The notes under the pieces were generated by a model. It did not search any database, was not told where the DNA came from, and worked only from the letters and a program-made list of their open reading frames with translations. A stretch of 64,000 bases of DNA from an uncultured bacterium (GTDB lineage Bacteria; Babelota; Babeliae; Babelales; Vermiphilaceae): NCBI GenBank assembly GCA_963713925.1, contig OY970212.1, positions 928,001-992,000 on the forward strand. The letters run 5' to 3'. A program made the translations under genes and the position numbers. Positions within the stretch are counted from its first letter, which is position 1. Each line of letters starts with the position of its first letter. Of this stretch, positions 58,386 to 64,000 are shown in pieces.

Positions 58386-58784
58386 ATGAAGATCTTTTCG
58401 CTTGTTATACTCATTGCATCATTGCTTACATTGCTTACTAACACCAACGCTATTGCGCAAGCAGATGAACCGCAACCAGAACAACAAACAATGCAATCAA
58501 AAATACGTGATACTGTTGACGAATATACCACCTATCTGAAAGAAGAATTCATCGACACTTACCATGGATTAGGTGAGCTTGGTGCCGATTTTATTGCAGA
58601 TGTTATGTCTGCAACCGATCCCGTCAGCACCGTTATTGTGACAGGTGTCTCTGAGCTGGGCATTTTGGCACAAGACGGATATGAAACACTCAAGCTGGAA
58701 CTGAGTCCACTTGGCACCTTGATTACTTCCGCTCGAAAAAAATTGGAAGAATTTGCGTCAAACGTTCGTGTTGATAATAAATAA
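58386..58784 (+). CDS. Secreted hypothetical helical protein
   Basis: Start placed at MKIFS; leader similar to that of 57525. Confidence 0.75.
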   Translation: MKIFSLVILIASLLTLLTNTNAIAQADEPQPEQQTMQSKIRDTVDEYTTYLKEEFIDTYHGLGELGADFIADVMSATDPVSTVIVTGVSELGILAQDGYETLKLELSPLGTLITSARKKLEEFASNVRVDNK

Positions 58785-58786
58785 TT

Positions 58787-59764
58787 CTACTGAATTCTTT
58801 TTTGAAATTCTTGCTCATCCGTTTTGAGATTTAAGAGAAAGGCTATTTTTGCGGCTGCGTCATCATATCCGCTGCCTCCGATAGATTTTTCTACTTTGGT
58901 AGCTCTTTCAAGTTTTCTTGGGCTGAATGGATCTGTAATATCATTTGTGTACGGTCGAGGGCTCGTAGGCGGATTATCGACGTTAGCAACTTTTTTAAGA
59001 TCATTGCAGTGCGTCGTATCAATACATAAATGAAACAGCGACTCATCAAAAGCAGTAAATTTTTTTCTCTGTCCCTTATATTCATTCTTAAGAGTTTCTT
59101 TCTTGAGAGACAACACAGCATCAGGAAATTTTGAATTTTGAAGTACATCTGCGGCTAACCGCGTATTTGCTTTCTCCAATTTCGACATGACTTTTATTAG
59201 AAAATATTGTCCGTGATGATGAGCGAGAAAATCGGCAAACCGTTTTCCGACCAATTGATCTTTCGTCCAAAAAAACATCGCATAAAAACAAGCTTTATTT
59301 TCAGGATTCTTAAGCCGATCACGTGTTTCAATAAGGAATTTCATACTTTTGCGATAATGCTTTTCATCATACTTATCAGGCATTTTTCCTGAATCTTCAA
59401 GAACCATTTTTTCTATTTCACCTGAGTGTTCATATTTTTCAAGTACTTGCTCCAATTCTGATGTTGTCGAACCTTTCTTATGTGCAAGATTCTGTTTCGA
59501 TTCTTTTGACTTTTCCGATGATATTAAAAAGGTACTCTTTCCATAGTGATCGCTCAGAAGAATTTTTAAACTTTTATATATCTCTTCTTGGCCTGCAAAT
59601 GGCGGTGCAACAAAAATGATCAATGGTTTTTGAGCTGAGTCAGATTGTGTCGGACTCACCAAAGAAATTGGAGCTGATGATTCTTCATCCCTATCAGCAG
59701 ATCGCAATGATATGCAACATAATAATAGAATGATTCCACGCAGATGAACGGTCTTCAATTGCAT
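58787..59764 (-). CDS. Secreted hypothetical protein with degenerate P-loop-like motif
   Basis: Signal peptide ending LRSAD; LIIFVAPPFAGQEEI. Confidence 0.7.
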   Translation of the reverse strand: MQLKTVHLRGIILLLCCISLRSADRDEESSAPISLVSPTQSDSAQKPLIIFVAPPFAGQEEIYKSLKILLSDHYGKSTFLISSEKSKESKQNLAHKKGSTTSELEQVLEKYEHSGEIEKMVLEDSGKMPDKYDEKHYRKSMKFLIETRDRLKNPENKACFYAMFFWTKDQLVGKRFADFLAHHHGQYFLIKVMSKLEKANTRLAADVLQNSKFPDAVLSLKKETLKNEYKGQRKKFTAFDESLFHLCIDTTHCNDLKKVANVDNPPTSPRPYTNDITDPFSPRKLERATKVEKSIGGSGYDDAAAKIAFLLNLKTDEQEFQKRIQ

Positions 59765-59878
59765 GCTTTCTCCTAAATCCCAACATCGTAGGCTTCCGTT
59801 ACTGATACCTTATCGTTTTTGATGCACGGGTGGCAATGGTTATCTGATTTATGAATGCTGCAATAAATAAGCCCGCAT

Positions 59879-60883
59879 TTATAAGTGCGAGGACCCCAGC
59901 GAGTCAATTATGTGAGAGACGGATTTTCGAACATGTATAACTTCATAAATGGATCTGATGATTGGAATGCGTAGTGAGTGAGTATGTGCATACGCATAGA
60001 ATGAATTGAGAGTATTAACTCCCTCTGGCAAAATTCCGTATTCCTTGATCAGGTTATCGAGCGAATGCCCTGACCCCATTTTCTTTCCAACAGAAAAATT
60101 CTTGCTTAACCCTCCATATGAAGTAAGGATCACATCACCAAATCCTGCCAATCCATAGATCGTTTCTCGATCGGCGCCAAAAGCTTCCGCGATGCGCGCA
60201 ATTTCTTGAAAACAAAGTGTGAGAAAAAAGGCTCGAGTGTTCTGTCCGTATCCTGCTCCTTCGAGCATCCCCAAAGCAAGCGCGATAACATTTTTTAGTG
60301 CGCTACTTATTTGAACGCCTATGACATCATCTGTTGGGTAGAGCATAAAATACTCTGATTGCAAGAGCATTTGTGCTTGATTGGAAAGATCACTATCAGG
60401 ACAGGCAACCATTGCAGCACTCACCTGCTGACGTGCAAGTTCATGCGCATATGTCGGTCCGGCAACAACGGCATACGTCGCTTCAGAACCAAAAATATCT
60501 GTAATGATAGTCCCAGGAAATGCGAATCTGTTTTGTTCAAAGCCCTTACTCAAAACAATCCATTTAGTACTTTTCTGGCCCTTGAGCTCTCGATGCATGC
60601 GCGTCAAAACATCGCGCAAATATTGAGTAGGAATCGCCTCAGCAATCCATTCACACTGTAGAATAGACCCAAAATCAGTTACCGGCACAATGGCTTCATC
60701 CAGTTCAATACCGGGCAAATAGCGATCATTAAAGCGAGTACGCCGTATATGCTCAGCATTTTTTTGGTCATAACACCACAACAATACTTCATGGCCGTTG
60801 CGCGCAAGCACTGTTGCGATCGCAGTTCCCCATGCACCCTCGCCGATAACAGCTACTTTTTGTTTTACAAGACTGATATTCAT
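59879..60883 (-). CDS. gpsA: NAD(P)H-dependent glycerol-3-phosphate dehydrogenase
   Basis: GEGAWGTA, RYLPG, LSKG, GPTYA, ALKNVIA, GLAGFGD, EG. Confidence 0.95.
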   Translation of the reverse strand: MNISLVKQKVAVIGEGAWGTAIATVLARNGHEVLLWCYDQKNAEHIRRTRFNDRYLPGIELDEAIVPVTDFGSILQCEWIAEAIPTQYLRDVLTRMHRELKGQKSTKWIVLSKGFEQNRFAFPGTIITDIFGSEATYAVVAGPTYAHELARQQVSAAMVACPDSDLSNQAQMLLQSEYFMLYPTDDVIGVQISSALKNVIALALGMLEGAGYGQNTRAFFLTLCFQEIARIAEAFGADRETIYGLAGFGDVILTSYGGLSKNFSVGKKMGSGHSLDNLIKEYGILPEGVNTLNSFYAYAHTHSLRIPIIRSIYEVIHVRKSVSHIIDSLGSSHL

Positions 60884-61569
60884 GAGCCGAACTTTCTTGT
60901 GCATTGTTCATAATAGTTGAGCGCAACCTCAAAATCTTCTTGCTTCATATCCGGCCATAATTTTGAAGTAAAATACAATTCGCTGTAGGCAGATTGATAG
61001 GGCATAAAGTTGCTTAGTCTTTGGTGTCCACCAGTTCTGATAATAAGTTCGGGGTCCGGTGCAGCCTTTGTCCATAAAAACTGTTTAAAATCGTTCGGAT
61101 TTAAATCTTCTGCCCGTATTCCTGATGTAATAGCATGCTGAGCAAAAGCAACTGCCGCCCGTTCAAGCTCTTGGCGACCCCCATAGCAAAACATGATGTA
61201 CACACATAAAGCTATATTATGCTTCGTTTCTTGTTCAATGGTGCGTATGCTCTCAACAATGTTGGCTGAATAAAGCGAATGATCGCCAATGAACTTCACT
61301 GAAACTCCCGCCTTCTTAAGCTCGTCTACATTTTTTTTGCATTGCTCAATCAACAACGTATACAAAAACTGTCTTTCAATTTCAGATCGATTCAAATTTT
61401 CTAAAGAAAAGGTATAGAGCGAAAGATGAGAGATCTGCTTTTTCAAGCAAAAATCAATCACTTCCCTGACAGCATCAGTGCCTTTTTTATGGCCTAGCCA
61501 TGGAAGCATTCCCTGGTTTTTGGCCCACCGACGATTTCCATCCATGATACACGCAAGATGTTGTATCAT
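60880..61569 (-). CDS. uppS: Undecaprenyl diphosphate synthase
   Basis: IMDGNRRWA, FSLEN..RS, YGGRQE, IRTGG.QRLSNF, RKFG. Confidence 0.97.
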   Translation of the reverse strand: MIQHLACIMDGNRRWAKNQGMLPWLGHKKGTDAVREVIDFCLKKQISHLSLYTFSLENLNRSEIERQFLYTLLIEQCKKNVDELKKAGVSVKFIGDHSLYSANIVESIRTIEQETKHNIALCVYIMFCYGGRQELERAAVAFAQHAITSGIRAEDLNPNDFKQFLWTKAAPDPELIIRTGGHQRLSNFMPYQSAYSELYFTSKLWPDMKQEDFEVALNYYEQCTRKFGS

Positions 61570-61574
61570 AGAAT

Positions 61575-62231
61575 TTATAATCCATTTTCAGACGGAACAG
61601 TAACACTATTGTGTGATCGTAATACTTTTTCAATTCCTACAAAAAGAACTGCTATTCCGGTAATGACTCCCGCAAAAACAAGCCGCTCAATCGCGACGAC
61701 CGGCATAAGAGCCAGCCACGCGCTTCCGGAAACTTTACCGGCATACAACCAAATGACTGATCCCACTGCGTGGGCAATAAAGGTTGCTGCTAAAGAACGC
61801 AGATATAAGCTCTGAACGCGACACACGCCTAATATCATAGGGACAAGCCAATAAAGCGAATATACCTGTCCACCAATGCTTGCAGGGTGGGCAATGAAGA
61901 GAATCATGCACAAGGCAGGAATAACCCCATAAAAGAGCTTGCGTGAACCCGAAAAACTGAGGGATGCGCATAAGGTGGGAAGCTGGTAGGTTAACCCGAT
62001 CAGGATGCTTTTTGAGATTACGGCGTGAATAACCCAAGCAAACATGCTTGCCCCAAGAACCGAACTTAATCCAAAGGAAGCGGCGCCTGCAGGAATTATG
62101 AGCCCGGATAGACTAAAAAAACCAGTAATAGTGCCAAAAACGTAACTTACTTTCACTAATGCGGCAACCTGAGTTATACTGGAGATAATACAGAGACGTA
62201 TAAGTGAATATACTTTGGTAAAAAAGTCCAT
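61575..62231 (-). CDS. Integral membrane protein (possible ECF S-component-like)
   Basis: 218 aa, multiple TMs, FIAHP, TFIAHAVGS, VAIER motifs. Confidence 0.7.
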   Translation of the reverse strand: MDFFTKVYSLIRLCIISSITQVAALVKVSYVFGTITGFFSLSGLIIPAGAASFGLSSVLGASMFAWVIHAVISKSILIGLTYQLPTLCASLSFSGSRKLFYGVIPALCMILFIAHPASIGGQVYSLYWLVPMILGVCRVQSLYLRSLAATFIAHAVGSVIWLYAGKVSGSAWLALMPVVAIERLVFAGVITGIAVLFVGIEKVLRSHNSVTVPSENGL

Positions 62232-62321
62232 AAAATACCTCTTCTACTGATTAATGTAACACATCAATGATTATGGTACTGAGAACCAAAAATTTTTCAA
62301 ATATTGCCGTAGGGGCTAGGG

Positions 62322-62987
62322 ATGAAATTTAAAGCAATTATTTTTGATATGGACGGAACAATCATAGATACCGAACATATCTGGAACAGAGCAACTCGAG
62401 AATTAATCCGCAATCGAGGAGTTGTTATCACTCCTGAATTAGATCAAGAGCTCAAAGAACGTTTAAATGGGATGGCTCTTGGCCAAAGCTGCTCAATCAT
62501 CAAAGAAATCACCAAAACAAGTGAATCTGTTGAACAGCTCGTCAAAGAAAAATCAAACCTTGCCTGTTCATTGTATAAAGATGGCGTTCGATTTATTGAA
62601 GGATTTGAACTCTTTTTTAATAAAATAAAACAATACCCGCTTGCCGTCGGACTCGCAACAAATGCGGATGATGCAACGTTATCGCTGACCAAGCAAACAC
62701 TCAAGCTCGAGCGTTTTTTCGGCCCGCACCTGTATAATATTTCATATGTAAATAATGTGGGCAAACCAAACCCGGCAATTTATTTACACACGGCACGACA
62801 ACTTGAGGTTGATCCGCAAGAATGTATCGCCTTTGAAGATTCGGCACACGGCATTAGCGCGGCTCAAGCCGCCGGCATGTTTTGCGTAGGCATCAACAGC
62901 TCAAAAAATCCGACTCAAATTGCGCGTGCGCACCTGAAGATCGAGGGATATCATGAGATCGATCTTGAAAAACTGCTTCACGGCTGA
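62322..62987 (+). CDS. HAD family phosphatase (beta-PGM/CbbY-like)
   Basis: FDMDGTIIDTE, ATN, GKPNP, FEDSAHG. Confidence 0.92.
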   Translation: MKFKAIIFDMDGTIIDTEHIWNRATRELIRNRGVVITPELDQELKERLNGMALGQSCSIIKEITKTSESVEQLVKEKSNLACSLYKDGVRFIEGFELFFNKIKQYPLAVGLATNADDATLSLTKQTLKLERFFGPHLYNISYVNNVGKPNPAIYLHTARQLEVDPQECIAFEDSAHGISAAQAAGMFCVGINSSKNPTQIARAHLKIEGYHEIDLEKLLHG

Positions 62988-63079
62988 TACAAAAGATTCA
63001 AAATGAATCACTCAATAACCCGAAAGCCTTTGTTTCGCGCGTAAATCTACGAATCTTGTGACTCCACTCTACTAACCCG

Positions 63080-63113
63080 TTCTTCGAAGCTGCCATTAGG
63101 CAGCGAAGTAGAA
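63080..63113. repeat. Family E-related palindrome
   Basis: Reverse complement TTCTACTTCGCTGCCTAATGGCAGCTTCGAAGAA matches TACTACTTCGCTGCTTTGCAGCTACGAAGTA at 5934-5964. Confidence 0.7.
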
Positions 63114-63260
63114 TAAACCTTACTTCCAAAATGAGGTTATATCCCTCTTTTTGATGTTTTTTCCCAATATTGACCCTAGATCTTAAAACTTGTTACTATT
63201 TGAATATAGGCGCTTGACCGCTCATATCTATAAATAAAGACTTTAAAAGGAGGTTTTTTC

Positions 63261-63650
63261 ATGAAGCTACGCCTATTATTATCACTTATCACAATTGCTG
63301 CCGCTGCAACTTCTGAATATGCGTCGGAAACAGCTGCGCCCACAGAACCAACTCCCAAAGAACCCGTGTCTACTGCAAGCAAAGAAACGGAAAAACGCGG
63401 CCATAAAGATTTTGGTAAAAAGCGTCACGGTGAACATCACTGGAAGCATGGCCACAAAAATTTAACTCCTGAGCAAAGAGCTGAGCGAAGAAAACGATGG
63501 GCGGTGGCGGGGCTCACGCCTGAACAAAGGATGGAAAGAAAAAAGAAATGGGCAGCGCTCACCCCTGAACAACGTGAGGAAAAGAAAAAGCAATGGACTG
63601 AACGCAAAAATAGGTTTGCTCGAAAAGCATTTGCAGGCCAAAAGCAATGA
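63261..63650 (+). CDS. Secreted protein with three LTPEQR repeats (LTXXQ/Spy-CpxP-like)
   Basis: AGGAGG RBS, signal peptide, 3 x LTPEQRxE[RK][RK]K.W. Confidence 0.8.
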   Translation: MKLRLLLSLITIAAAATSEYASETAAPTEPTPKEPVSTASKETEKRGHKDFGKKRHGEHHWKHGHKNLTPEQRAERRKRWAVAGLTPEQRMERKKKWAALTPEQREEKKKQWTERKNRFARKAFAGQKQ

Positions 63651-63772
63651 TCCCCCACACACTGCTTCAATGACAAATTGAACCTGGAGATTTTAATTTA
63701 TTGATTTCTATTTGAAATTAATGGTAAAATTCAAGTAGAAATCAATAAATGATTGATTAAGGGGACAAATTC

Positions 63773-64000
63773 ATGAAAATTATTAAAAAAATTGCATATC
63801 TTGCGGCCGCTTTATATGGTATGTACGCAATGCATTCATACGTATATGCTGCCGATTCAGACCTTAGCCCTTTTAAACAATTCTTGAAAAATGATCACAA
63901 CTTGTCTCAGTTAAGGTCATTTTTACTACCCTATCTTAAAACTCAGCCTGAAAAAGTGCTTTATTTGCCTGATGGCTCTCAAATACTAACCGGTTCGGGA
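63773..64000 (+). CDS. Partial secreted protein, probably WD40 repeat, running off the window
   Basis: Hand translation MKIIKKIAYLAAALYGMYAMHSYVYAADSD...YLPDGSQILTGSG, open to the window end. Confidence 0.7.
   Translation, partial: MKIIKKIAYLAAALYGMYAMHSYVYAADSDLSPFKQFLKNDHNLSQLRSFLLPYLKTQPEKVLYLPDGSQILTGSG

Noticed and set aside
1..64000. Alternative genetic code
   Set aside because: TGA, TAA and TAG all end recognisable full-length genes (for example xerC, nth and uppS end in TGA).
1..64000. Transposase, RAYT or reverse transcriptase mobilising the repeats
   Set aside because: No ORF in the window shows HUH, DDE or RT motifs that I can recognise.

Overview
A low-GC bacterial chromosome segment in the standard genetic code. 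It mixes housekeeping genes (tsf, frr, tRNA-Lys, tRNA-Leu, tmk, holB, cca, thrS, nth, xerC-like, mrdA, rpsT, rpmB, two ftsH, tolQRAB, rtcB with archease, dciA-like, murG, PBP1A, RNase P RNA, gpsA, uppS) with many orphan proteins that carry signal peptides, several with eukaryote-type motifs (CaaX tails, F-box-like, beta-propellers, a Josephin-like protease). The content suggests a protist-associated intracellular bacterium such as Candidatus Dependentiae (TM6/Babeliales); that assignment is inference only. Main observations: (1) two tandem modules, each an unannotated short hydrophobic peptide ending in FPPxx encoded divergently from a multi-TM regulator with a degenerate AAA+ domain and Fis-type HTH, a candidate peptide-signalling system; (2) at least five families of small palindromic repeats that nest inside one another and sit in frame in tmk, murG, an acyl-CoA ligase and tolA, and inside RNase P RNA; (3) candidate prenylated and ubiquitin-system effectors; (4) a 58-aa metallothionein-like gene missed by the ORF track. 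I found no CRISPR array, transposase or prophage. Coordinates were read by hand and may be off by a few bases.
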